From positions 672,001 through 736,000 of the forward strand of contig OZ247587.1 of NCBI GenBank assembly GCA_965233865.1: a DNA stretch of 64,000 nt, given 5' to 3'. The position numbers were made by a program, and so were the translations under genes. Numbering within the stretch: position 1 is the stretch's first letter; each line of letters begins with the position of its first letter. This stretch comes from Candidatus Neptunichlamydia sp. GTDB taxonomy: Bacteria > Chlamydiota > Chlamydiia > Chlamydiales > Simkaniaceae. Under the pieces are notes generated by a model that saw only the letters and a list, made by a program, of their open reading frames with translations, was not told where the DNA came from and made no database searches. This document shows positions 39,791 to 48,776 of this stretch, piece by piece.

Positions 39791-41204
39791 TGGCCAGCCC
39801 CAGAAATCCCTCAAAAAACTGACCACTAGGTCTATTCTTTTCCTTTTTTTGACAGGATGCGCTGTAGGGCCCAATTATCAACCTCCACCTGTTGCTCTTC
39901 CCGAGAGTTATAGAGAACTTCATAATGATGAAGGAATTGATGAAGTTGCCTTCAAAAGATGGTGGACAACTTTTAATGACCCACTCCTCGATATGCTTGT
40001 TCACGAAGCGCTTTCCCAAAATTACGACTTAAAAATTGCCATTGAAAAAGTCAATGAAGTCAGAGCCCTTTACCAAATTGAAGCAGCTGAACTCTACCCA
40101 AAAATCGACATGACCGCGGATGAACAGCGCACCCGCATTAGCCAGTCTCTTTTTGATGCTTCCTTTATAGGTCCTCCTTATCAAACCTTCTACAAGGTAG
40201 GCTTTGATGCAAGTTGGGAAGTGGACATTTTTGGAAAGCGCAGGCGCGAAAAAGAGGCGGCCTATTATGAATACGAAGCCGAGATTAATAGTGCCCGCGA
40301 TGTATATATTACTCTTCTTAGCGAACTTGCCTCCACCTATATTGAAATCCGAGGCTTTCAGCACAGAATAACTCTTTCGAAAAAGAATATCTACATCCAA
40401 AAAGAGCTCTTAGCTCTTGCCGAATCTCGCTTTAGTGCGGGACTCAATAGTGAAATTAAGCCTCAACAAGTCCGTTTCAACTTAGAAGAATCGGAAGCAA
40501 TACTCCCAGAACTTGAAACGAATTACCGCCGTGCAATCCACCGGATGACGATGCTCCTTGGAAAATCTCCTGACAGCCTCCACAGTGATTTTGACAAGCA
40601 GCGCGCAATCCCTGTAAGTATAGCCGCAATCCCTATCGGTCTTCCCTCTGATCTTCTCAGACGCCGACCTGATATTCGCCGAGCAGAGAGAACTCTTGCT
40701 GCAGCTACCGCAAATATCGGATCTGCCATTGCAGACCTTTTCCCCCGTTTTTCCCTTTTGGGGAGTTTCGGTTTTGAAAGTAATCGCACGAATAATTGGT
40801 TCAAGGCGCGCAGTCGCACCTGGTCGATTAGTCCCAAGATACAATGGCCGATTATCTATTTTGGGCGGATTAGAGCAAATATACGGGTGCAGAATGCCAA
40901 ACAACAGCAAGCTCTCTTTAATTACGAGCAAACAATTCTTACCTCGTTTGAAGATGTTAAAAATGCTCTAATTTCCTATTATAAGGAGGACGAAAGGGTA
41001 GACCGCTTTGAAAAACAGGTAAATAGTGCAACACGCACTTATGAGTTAACACGCGATCGCTATATTAGCGGTCTTGTGGATTTCTCAGTACTTCTTGATG
41101 CTGACCGCATACGTCTCTCTGCAGAAAATAATCTTGTGGATAGCACCCAAGCACTGAGCACTAACCTTGTTGCTCTCTATAAATCACTTGGTGGGGAGTG
41201 GTAA
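39777..41204 (+). CDS. Outer membrane factor lipoprotein (TolC/NodT family)
   Basis: Lipobox LTGC-AVGPNY, ASWEVDIFG, LLRRRPDI and LYKSLGGEW. Confidence 0.92.
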   Translation: MKGISGQPQKSLKKLTTRSILFLFLTGCAVGPNYQPPPVALPESYRELHNDEGIDEVAFKRWWTTFNDPLLDMLVHEALSQNYDLKIAIEKVNEVRALYQIEAAELYPKIDMTADEQRTRISQSLFDASFIGPPYQTFYKVGFDASWEVDIFGKRRREKEAAYYEYEAEINSARDVYITLLSELASTYIEIRGFQHRITLSKKNIYIQKELLALAESRFSAGLNSEIKPQQVRFNLEESEAILPELETNYRRAIHRMTMLLGKSPDSLHSDFDKQRAIPVSIAAIPIGLPSDLLRRRPDIRRAERTLAAATANIGSAIADLFPRFSLLGSFGFESNRTNNWFKARSRTWSISPKIQWPIIYFGRIRANIRVQNAKQQQALFNYEQTILTSFEDVKNALISYYKEDERVDRFEKQVNSATRTYELTRDRYISGLVDFSVLLDADRIRLSAENNLVDSTQALSTNLVALYKSLGGEW

Positions 41205-42371
41205 ATGCTTCTCCTTGCGATCAAAATTCTTATTGGTGACAAAGCAAAGTTTATCGGAATTGTTTTGGGGCTGAGCTTTTCCTCTCTAATTATTGTTCAA
41301 CAATCTTCAATCTTTGCTGGATTAATGGTCCGAACGTTTGGTTTTATCACCGACACCTCACAAGCAGATATTTGGGTGATGGATAAGCAAGTACGATTTA
41401 TTGATGATGTAAAACCTCTACGCGATACCCAACTTTATTTTGCCCGAGGAATTGAAGGCGTGAAATGGGCTGTACCCTTTTACAAGGGGCTTCTCAAAGC
41501 GCGCCTGCGTGGTGGGAATTTCCAGATGTGTAATATCATCGGAATCGATGATTCAACATTAATCGGTGGCCCCCCACGTATGAGAGAAGGAGAAGTTTCT
41601 GATCTGAGACTCGTTGATGCAATCATTGTCAATAAAGTCGGTGCTGATAAAACGCTTGCTGAAAATGGAATCTACAACCCTGAGAAAAAACCTGTCATTC
41701 CTCTCCGAGTCGGTGAGGTTCTTGAAATCAACGATCGAAGAGCTCAAGTCGTTGGAATTTGCGATTCATCGCGCACATTTCAGTCTCAACCCGTAATCTA
41801 TACAACTTACAATCGAGCGCTTAACTATGCTCCTCCAGAGAGGAAACAACTCTCTTATATCCTGATCAAAGCACAAGATGGGGTCTCTCCAAAAGAGCTT
41901 TGTCGCCTGATCAATGCCCGCTCTGATCTTGCTGCTTATACCAACAAAGAATTTAAAAGACTCACCTTTGACTATTATGTGGAAAACACCGGGATTCCTC
42001 TGAATTTTGGGATTGCTGTTCTTTTAGGGGTCATTATTGGAATGGCCATTTCTGGACAGATGTTCTATAATTTCATCCTTGATAACCTCTGCTTCCTTGC
42101 TACATTCAAAGCGATGGGTGCTAATAACCGCCTTCTCACAAAGATGGTACTTCTTCAAGCCGTTTGGGTGGGGTTTATCGGATGGGGGCTAGGTGTGGGC
42201 GCTGCCGCTATTTTTGGGTGGTTTTCCAAAAATAGCGATCTCTCCTTTCTTCTAATCTGGCAACTCTATGTGATTAGCGGCGTTGTGATGTTTTTAATTA
42301 CCGGCCTTTCCTCATGGATAGGCCTCAATCGGGTCTATCGTTTAGATCCTGCAATCGTTTTCAAGAGTTAA
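41205..42371 (+). CDS. ABC transporter permease (DevC/FtsX-like)
   Basis: N-terminal TM, large periplasmic loop, FKAMGA, C-terminal LDPAIVF. Confidence 0.88.
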   Translation: MLLLAIKILIGDKAKFIGIVLGLSFSSLIIVQQSSIFAGLMVRTFGFITDTSQADIWVMDKQVRFIDDVKPLRDTQLYFARGIEGVKWAVPFYKGLLKARLRGGNFQMCNIIGIDDSTLIGGPPRMREGEVSDLRLVDAIIVNKVGADKTLAENGIYNPEKKPVIPLRVGEVLEINDRRAQVVGICDSSRTFQSQPVIYTTYNRALNYAPPERKQLSYILIKAQDGVSPKELCRLINARSDLAAYTNKEFKRLTFDYYVENTGIPLNFGIAVLLGVIIGMAISGQMFYNFILDNLCFLATFKAMGANNRLLTKMVLLQAVWVGFIGWGLGVGAAAIFGWFSKNSDLSFLLIWQLYVISGVVMFLITGLSSWIGLNRVYRLDPAIVFKS

Positions 42372-42374
42372 GAT

Positions 42375-43076
42375 ATGAAGAATGAAGTTGCCGTAAAATG
42401 TTCCCAAATTCGGAAATCTTTTGGAGTAGGAAACCTCCGCTTTGAAGCACTCCATGGCATTGACCTTGAAGTCAAATCAGGAGAACTCCTGATGCTTGTT
42501 GGTCCTTCAGGATCTGGGAAAACAACTCTTATCTCGATTATTGCAGGAATCTTGAGCCATGACAATGGACACTGCGAACTATTTGGAAACGATCTCGATG
42601 CTTTTTCTGACTCTGAAAAAACAAAATTTCGAGGAGAAAACCTCGGGTTTGTCTTCCAGTCCTTTAACCTTATTCCGATGCTTTCCAGTTCTGAAAATGT
42701 TGCGATTCCTCTCCTTCTTAATCATATGGACAGACATGAAGCGATAAAACTTGCTGAAAAGCGTCTTGATCAATTTGGTCTTGGAGATAAAGTAGGCGAT
42801 TTTCCCGCGCAACTTTCTGGAGGGCAGCAGCAACGTGTTGCGATTGCTCGAGCAGTCATTCACAACCCCAAACTGATCGTATGCGACGAACCCACGAGCG
42901 CCCTCGATCACGAAAACGGTACACTCGTTCTTAACCACCTCAGAGAAATTGTCGATAAAGAAAACCGGGCTTTGATCGTTGTCACCCACGACTCTCGCAT
43001 TTTTGACTATGCTGATCGCATCATTCACTTAGAAGACGGCAACATCGCTTCCGAGAAAACTAACCACTATAAATAA
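42375..43076 (+). CDS. ABC transporter ATP-binding protein (DevA/LolD-like)
   Basis: GPSGSGKT, LSGGQQQR, CDEPT and VTHD motifs. Confidence 0.93.
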   Translation: MKNEVAVKCSQIRKSFGVGNLRFEALHGIDLEVKSGELLMLVGPSGSGKTTLISIIAGILSHDNGHCELFGNDLDAFSDSEKTKFRGENLGFVFQSFNLIPMLSSSENVAIPLLLNHMDRHEAIKLAEKRLDQFGLGDKVGDFPAQLSGGQQQRVAIARAVIHNPKLIVCDEPTSALDHENGTLVLNHLREIVDKENRALIVVTHDSRIFDYADRIIHLEDGNIASEKTNHYK

Positions 43077-43191
43077 CCAACTTCAAAGGCTCCAGAAATT
43101 AGATGAATGTTGTATCTAATACTCACACCCGTGGATCGGTTAATATGGAAAGAACAATTTAAATCATAAACAAGGAAAAATAATAGTAGTA

Positions 43192-43731
43192 CTACACTGT
43201 ACGTCGTTTTCTTGCGACCCATATGAGCAATACCGCTACTCCTATTGTAATCGGTAACATAACCGTATAAAGATATTCAGTAAGCACTGCTGCTGCTGCT
43301 GCAAACAAACCAAGTAGAATCCCAATCACGAAAAATGTCGGTTCCACATAGATACCAGTGATGAATGTATTCAACGCAAGAAGAGTTAAGACAATGAGCC
43401 CTGCTTCAAAGCGTCCTATGAGACCTATTCTAACAAAAGCAGAGACTAAATAAACCGCTAAAGCGAGACCAAACCACTGTGCTAGCTCGTGCCAAATTGT
43501 GGTTACACTCATTACACGCTGCTTATGTCTGAGATACCAGGACAAAAACAAACAGAGGACTGCAAAAATAGGCACCATCCAACGCCAATAATCCCATGCT
43601 CCATTTGTCCATAGGTCTGAAATGATCAGCCCGATAAAAGAGAGGCTAATCATAATAATGGCAACCATCAAGCGCATTTTCCAATGATGGTGATGCTTCT
43701 CAATAACAATTTCTTTGTTGCTTCTAGCCAT
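43192..43731 (-). CDS. Hypothetical integral membrane protein
   Basis: 179 aa with about six hydrophobic helices. Confidence 0.75.
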   Translation of the reverse strand: MARSNKEIVIEKHHHHWKMRLMVAIIMISLSFIGLIISDLWTNGAWDYWRWMVPIFAVLCLFLSWYLRHKQRVMSVTTIWHELAQWFGLALAVYLVSAFVRIGLIGRFEAGLIVLTLLALNTFITGIYVEPTFFVIGILLGLFAAAAAVLTEYLYTVMLPITIGVAVLLIWVARKRRTV

Positions 43732-43758
43732 ATGTACCCTAAATCACTATATCTTTTC

Positions 43759-43817
43759 AATCTACTGAAAAAAAACAAAAAAAGTCAATTGACATATACG
43801 ACAAACTTTTCAACACT
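43759..43817. promoter_or_regulatory. Candidate back-to-back divergent promoters
   Basis: AGTCAATTGACA gives TTGACA (+, 43789) and TTGACT (-); -10 candidates AACACT (+, 17-nt spacer) and TAGATT (-, 18-nt spacer). Confidence 0.35.
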
Positions 43818-43827
43818 TGTTTTCTGA

Positions 43828-45954
43828 ATGTATGCATCTGGAAATGTAATGGCACTAGAATTTCAAGTACAATATCAGCAACACCTTTCAAATCCTCTTC
43901 TTAACTACAAACGCCTGATTCCTTTTGACCAAATCGAACCCGATCATTTTCTCCCCGCGTTTAATGCGATGGAAGAAGAACTTCTTCCTCAAATCGAACT
44001 CCTTGAAGAAATCGAAAAACCCACCTGGGAATCGATTGTCGTTCCTTTGGAAGAGATCGAGGAAAAGATTCATCGTGTGGTGGGGCCTATGGCACATCTT
44101 AGACTAGTAAAAGATTCACCAGCACTTCGTAAAGCATGGAGCACCGTCGAACCACGGATCAACCAGATGGATCTTCGAATCAAACAAAGTCGTCCTCTCT
44201 TTGAGGCTTTTGAAACTCTTAGAACTAGTGAAACTTGGAACACTTATTCCTCTTCTCAGAAGCGGATCATTAAACTCCGTCTTTTGGAAGCTAAGCTTAA
44301 AGGGATCCATCTTGAAGACTCCGACCTCGATACATTCAACGCATATATTTTTCGCCTTTCTGAATTACAAAGTAGCTACGTCTCTAATATGATTGACGCC
44401 ACGAAAGAAACTGTTTTTATTATCACACAAAAAAAAGAACTCGAGGGAATTCCTTTTTCTACTTTAAAATTCATTTCTGAATTATACAATACAACGCGCT
44501 TAGAAGAAGACCCTCTCTCCACAGCTCAAGAAGGTCCCTGGAAATTATCCCTAACTCCCCACATTTATCTCACGATTCTGCGCCATTGCAAGTGTCGCAA
44601 GACTCGTGAACTCCTTTATAGAGAACAAATTAAAAAGGCCTCTCATGGTGATATCGACAATACCCCAAACTTGATGGAACAACTTCAAGTCCGAAAAGGG
44701 CTCGCCAACCTCCTCAACTATGAAAATTTTGCAGAACTAAGCCTCGCTTCAAAAATGGCTCCCAACATTGAAACTGTAAATAATTTCCTGGAAAAACTTC
44801 GAGAATCAAGTTGGATTTCTGGGAGAGAAGATCTTCTAGATGTCCAACTCTTTGCGGCACGTGCCGGATTTAAAGAACCCTTTATGCCGTGGGATTATGC
44901 CTTTTGGACAGAGCGTCTTCGAGAAGAACGATATCATCTTTCAGAAGAAGAGATGAAACCCTATTTCCAGCTCCCAAAAGTCCTTAAAGGTCTCTTTGAC
45001 CTCTGCCAAAAACTCTTTGGAATTACAATCATCAAGCCTGAAGTTCAACCCCCTGTCTGGCATAAAAATATCAGCTACTATCTGATCTACGATAATAATA
45101 ATGAGCAAATCTCTTCCTTCTACTTTGACCCTTTTACTCGCTCAAGCACAAAACGAGGTGGAGCTTGGACAGAGACTTGCCTTAACAGGACAAGACTCAA
45201 TGGAGAACTTCAGCTTCCGATTGCCTACATCGTTTGCAACTCCGCTCCTCCGATTGGTGAAGACCCAGCTCTACTTACCTTCCGCGAGCTTGAAACACTT
45301 TTTCATGAATTTGGACACGCTCTCCAACACATGCTCACTAAAATCAATTATGGAAGCATTTCGGGAACTAATGGAATCGAATGGGATGCGATTGAAATGG
45401 CAAGTAAGTTCATGGAAAACTGGTGTTATCATAAGCCTACCCTGAGACAAATCACCGCCCACTACAAGTCGGGGGAACCTCTACCTGAAGTTCTTATCGA
45501 AAAAATTCTCTCCGCACGTAATTTCAATGCAGGAAGCAGTATGCTAGCCCAACTCAAGTATAGCATGTGCGACATCTCCCTTCATAGCGACTATGATCCC
45601 TACGGCATCTTCACACCTTTTGATGTCTGGTACGAAAAATGTCTAATCACCTCTCACCTCCCTTGCTTAGAAGAAGACCGCTTCCTCTGCTCTTTCCACC
45701 ACATCTTTGGAGGTAACTCCTACGCTGCTGGTTACTATTCTTATAAGTGGGCAGAAGTTCTGAGTGCTGATGCATTTGAAGCCTTTGTGGAAGCAGGAGA
45801 AGACGACTGGTCGGCGCTACATGTCATCGGTGAAAAGTTCAAAACGACTTTTCTAGAACTTGGCGGCAGCGTCCATCCTATGGAAGTTTTCGAATCTTTT
45901 CGAGGCCGCGCACCTACAATAGAGGCCCTTCTTAACCAATCGGGGCTAAGATAA
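43828..45954 (+). CDS. prlC: Oligopeptidase A (M3A)
   Basis: TLFHEFGHALQH, EWDAIE, HIFGG..YAAGYYSYKWAEVL and FRGRAP motifs. Confidence 0.93.
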   Translation: MYASGNVMALEFQVQYQQHLSNPLLNYKRLIPFDQIEPDHFLPAFNAMEEELLPQIELLEEIEKPTWESIVVPLEEIEEKIHRVVGPMAHLRLVKDSPALRKAWSTVEPRINQMDLRIKQSRPLFEAFETLRTSETWNTYSSSQKRIIKLRLLEAKLKGIHLEDSDLDTFNAYIFRLSELQSSYVSNMIDATKETVFIITQKKELEGIPFSTLKFISELYNTTRLEEDPLSTAQEGPWKLSLTPHIYLTILRHCKCRKTRELLYREQIKKASHGDIDNTPNLMEQLQVRKGLANLLNYENFAELSLASKMAPNIETVNNFLEKLRESSWISGREDLLDVQLFAARAGFKEPFMPWDYAFWTERLREERYHLSEEEMKPYFQLPKVLKGLFDLCQKLFGITIIKPEVQPPVWHKNISYYLIYDNNNEQISSFYFDPFTRSSTKRGGAWTETCLNRTRLNGELQLPIAYIVCNSAPPIGEDPALLTFRELETLFHEFGHALQHMLTKINYGSISGTNGIEWDAIEMASKFMENWCYHKPTLRQITAHYKSGEPLPEVLIEKILSARNFNAGSSMLAQLKYSMCDISLHSDYDPYGIFTPFDVWYEKCLITSHLPCLEEDRFLCSFHHIFGGNSYAAGYYSYKWAEVLSADAFEAFVEAGEDDWSALHVIGEKFKTTFLELGGSVHPMEVFESFRGRAPTIEALLNQSGLR

Positions 45955-45998
45955 TGAGCCAGAAGAATATCCCCCTTCTTTTGATCTGCTATTGAGCC

Positions 45999-46205
45999 TT
46001 AGAAATCTTGTTTTTGAACTGTTTTTCTTCGATTTATTTCAGCTCTGTCCATGGCTTCATCACAAAGATTCATAACACGCTCTGAAAGAGCTTCAAAACT
46101 TTCTGCAGAAACTCTGAAATCTCCCCTTGACTTGATATATTCTTGAACGAGACTTTTTTTGATTAGCACTTCGCTTTTTTTAGCTTTTTTCTTTTTCTTG
46201 GCCAT
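45999..46205 (-). CDS. Histone-fold protein with Lys-rich N-terminal tail
   Basis: MAKKKKKAKKS-EVLIKKSLVQEYIKSRGDFRVSAESFEALSERVMNLCDEAMDRAEINRRKTVQKQDF. L1 RVS, long alpha2, L2 RKTVxxxD. AAAGGA SD 7 nt upstream; intact frame. Confidence 0.88.
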   Translation of the reverse strand: MAKKKKKAKKSEVLIKKSLVQEYIKSRGDFRVSAESFEALSERVMNLCDEAMDRAEINRRKTVQKQDF

Positions 46206-46429
46206 CTTTAGATCCTTTTGCTTTAATTACGGAATTTTTTTTTATAGCAGAATTCTATTATTTCCTCCAAACTTTCAAATTCCTTATAGAGATAGATAGG
46301 GGTTTGAGATTAAAAAGCCACACTGATTTCGACAGATCTATTATAGCTTGGGAGTCCTGGGAAAAGAAAAATTCGCATCACCACTATGCAAGCTAGCTAG
46401 CAACTAATTAAGAGTTGAAATGAGTTTCT

Positions 46430-47878
46430 TCACCGTAAATCAACCGAACGATCGTGATTAATAAAATACCGATTCAATATTTTATGGCTTCTCATTTCAA
46501 GAACCTCTCGATCAATAACGATTTCAACACCATCTCGAGTAACAATAAAAATATAAGCATCCTCATCACTCTCGACCACTTTAATCAGCTCGCGGATATT
46601 ACGTATTACTTTCCCATTAACTTGATCAACAATTTTCTTTTCCAGATGTTGATATCCCACATTGACAATATCATCAAGAACCCTTGACAAAACAACTACT
46701 TCATCTCTTCCTTCTTGAACTTTCCCGCAAAAAAGATCATAGAAAATGTCTATGAATCCAAGACTTTGGTCAAGGTCAATGTGTCTAAAAAAATTTTGCA
46801 CCAGGGGTTGAAACACTAGCCCCGCAGAAATATAGTAGGTAGGAGGCTTGTCAAACTCTTGACGTACAAGCGGCCTTCCCTTCCGTTTTGGGTCCACAAA
46901 GCTCGTTATTTCCAAGCAACTCCCTTCTCGCATCACTGCAACATCGATGCTATCTCCAAAATGCTTCATCATAATCAAGTATTGAAAAGGGAGTGAAATT
47001 CCCAGATCTTCCAATTCCACCCATCCATGGGAATCAATCTCATATCCATCAAGCGCTAAAAGAATATCTCCAGCTTTTAAGAAATCCGTAAGAAAATGAT
47101 TTTCTGGAACTTCAACAACAAGGAGCCCCCCTTTTCCTTTTGGAATACCATAATAGGCACGCATAGCAGGATTGCGAATAGATTGCACCTTCAAGGGGTT
47201 TTCTGGAAACCCCAAATACTCTCCTCTCTCCACTTCATCCATAAAATGCTTGATAATGGGGATGGGAATCATATACCCGATGTTTTGACCAAGAAAGGAA
47301 GCTTGATGAGCAACTCCCACAACCTTTCCTCCTGAAAGAACCGGTCCTCCACTATTACCAGGGTTAATCGGTGCATCGATCTGAGAAATCAGAAGGTTGG
47401 CTCTAGAATGCGCATAATTTCCGATCTCTACCCGAGAAACAATCCCCTTATTCACAGATATTTCACGCCCTCCCATAGGGAATCCATGAACAACAACCTC
47501 TTCCTGACGATGGATCAGCTCATCACTAAATTGGAGAGCTCTTTTCCCTTCAAAAAAGGAGGGATCTTCTAACTCTAAAACCGCTAAATCGCAATCATGA
47601 CCCACCACTTTTACACGTGCTTCATACCAGTCACGTGAAGATCCGCAGCGGACCTCAATAAATGAAGCATCTTTTATCACATGAGCATTGGTAACAATGA
47701 GATTTCCTTCAATGATAAATCCCGATCCCCCAGTTCTCTCTGTTGTTGGAGGCGCCCAAGGGCTTTCATAATCATAATCCTTGTGAGTTGTCGCAATTTG
47801 CACCACAGAGTTTTTCATCTCTTCCAAGGCAAATACAGAGAAAGTAAAGAAGAGTAATCCAAAAAACAACGATTTCAC
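46430..47878 (-). CDS. HtrA/Deg-family serine protease (Deg2/Deg9-like, two PDZ regions)
   Basis: Signal peptide, TNAHV, DCDLA, INPGNSGGP, PTYYISAGLVFQPL. Confidence 0.9.
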   Translation of the reverse strand: MKSLFFGLLFFTFSVFALEEMKNSVVQIATTHKDYDYESPWAPPTTERTGGSGFIIEGNLIVTNAHVIKDASFIEVRCGSSRDWYEARVKVVGHDCDLAVLELEDPSFFEGKRALQFSDELIHRQEEVVVHGFPMGGREISVNKGIVSRVEIGNYAHSRANLLISQIDAPINPGNSGGPVLSGGKVVGVAHQASFLGQNIGYMIPIPIIKHFMDEVERGEYLGFPENPLKVQSIRNPAMRAYYGIPKGKGGLLVVEVPENHFLTDFLKAGDILLALDGYEIDSHGWVELEDLGISLPFQYLIMMKHFGDSIDVAVMREGSCLEITSFVDPKRKGRPLVRQEFDKPPTYYISAGLVFQPLVQNFFRHIDLDQSLGFIDIFYDLFCGKVQEGRDEVVVLSRVLDDIVNVGYQHLEKKIVDQVNGKVIRNIRELIKVVESDEDAYIFIVTRDGVEIVIDREVLEMRSHKILNRYFINHDRSVDLR

Positions 47879-47980
47879 TAGCGACTCCTAAGATAAACTT
47901 TTCAAAAGATTTTATGTAATCTTCCCCTTTCTTGCAATAAATCCCTTTTCAGAATATGAAGAAAAGAAAGAACGAGATGA

Positions 47981-48457
47981 ATGATGTATCAGTTTTTTTC
48001 AAAGATTGGTTACAAAAAAAGACAAGGAGAATGGCTTCCCATTCTATTCGTACGAATTTGCCTAGGGACCTTCTTTATTCTTTCAGGATTCTTTAAGGTT
48101 TTCCATTCCAAGCAGCATACGGCTCTTTTGAAGACACTTCAAAAATCTAATATACCTTTTCCTGAATTTAATGCTTATTTTGTTCCGACCCTAGAATTTA
48201 TCGGAGGGATTCTCACCCTCCTTGGTCTCTTCTGTTCACTTGCATCTCTCATGCTCTTTGCCCTCATGATCATCGTACTTGTAACCGACCGCATAGCCTC
48301 TGTCGCTCTGCACGATGGGCTTATGACTCTCAAAAACTTTCTCTGTCTTCCTGAAATCCTCTTCGCCCTCATGTTCGTCTGGCTTTTCTTCTCTGGACCT
48401 GGCAAACTCTCCCTAGATTTTTCCTATGGAAAAAAGAAGCGCCACTCCACCTATTAA
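47981..48457 (+). CDS. DoxX family membrane protein
   Basis: RICLG.FF..SG..K, EFIGG..LLLG and GPGKLSLD motifs. Confidence 0.88.
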   Translation: MMYQFFSKIGYKKRQGEWLPILFVRICLGTFFILSGFFKVFHSKQHTALLKTLQKSNIPFPEFNAYFVPTLEFIGGILTLLGLFCSLASLMLFALMIIVLVTDRIASVALHDGLMTLKNFLCLPEILFALMFVWLFFSGPGKLSLDFSYGKKKRHSTY

Positions 48458-48501
48458 TTCAATTTAAAAAAATTGATGACGTTCTTTTGCTTCATAAAAA
48501 A

Positions 48502-48726
48502 GTGAGCGATCATCTTCTCCAGTAAGTCTTACTCCTCTTTTTCTTGAAAGGGTAGTTGGATTATGGGCTTTTTAAAAAATATTTATGAACTTATCGCAAG
48601 AGATTTTTTTGGGATTAAAGAAATTTCAAAAGTGTACCCTGCCAGAGTAGATTGAACTCCCTTGAAACCATCAAAAGCCTCTTCAATTCCCTAAAAACAT
48701 CCCGCAGCAAATGTCGCCTTTTCCAT
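48502..48726 (-). pseudogene. msrA: Methionine sulfoxide reductase A pseudogene
   Basis: MEKATFAAGCF*GIEEAFDGFKGVQSTLAGYT (TAG at 48691 in the GCFWG motif), then a shifted frame FNPKKIS...IF*KAHNPTTLSR. Confidence 0.82.
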
Positions 48727-48776
48727 ATTCAACTCATTTGATATACTGGTCTTGTCAAATTATAAAAGTTTTGAAT

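Noticed and set aside
38882..43076. MFP-OMF-ABC operon as a novel secretion system
   Set aside because: Ordinary DevBCA/MacAB-type tripartite exporter with no adjacent substrate gene.
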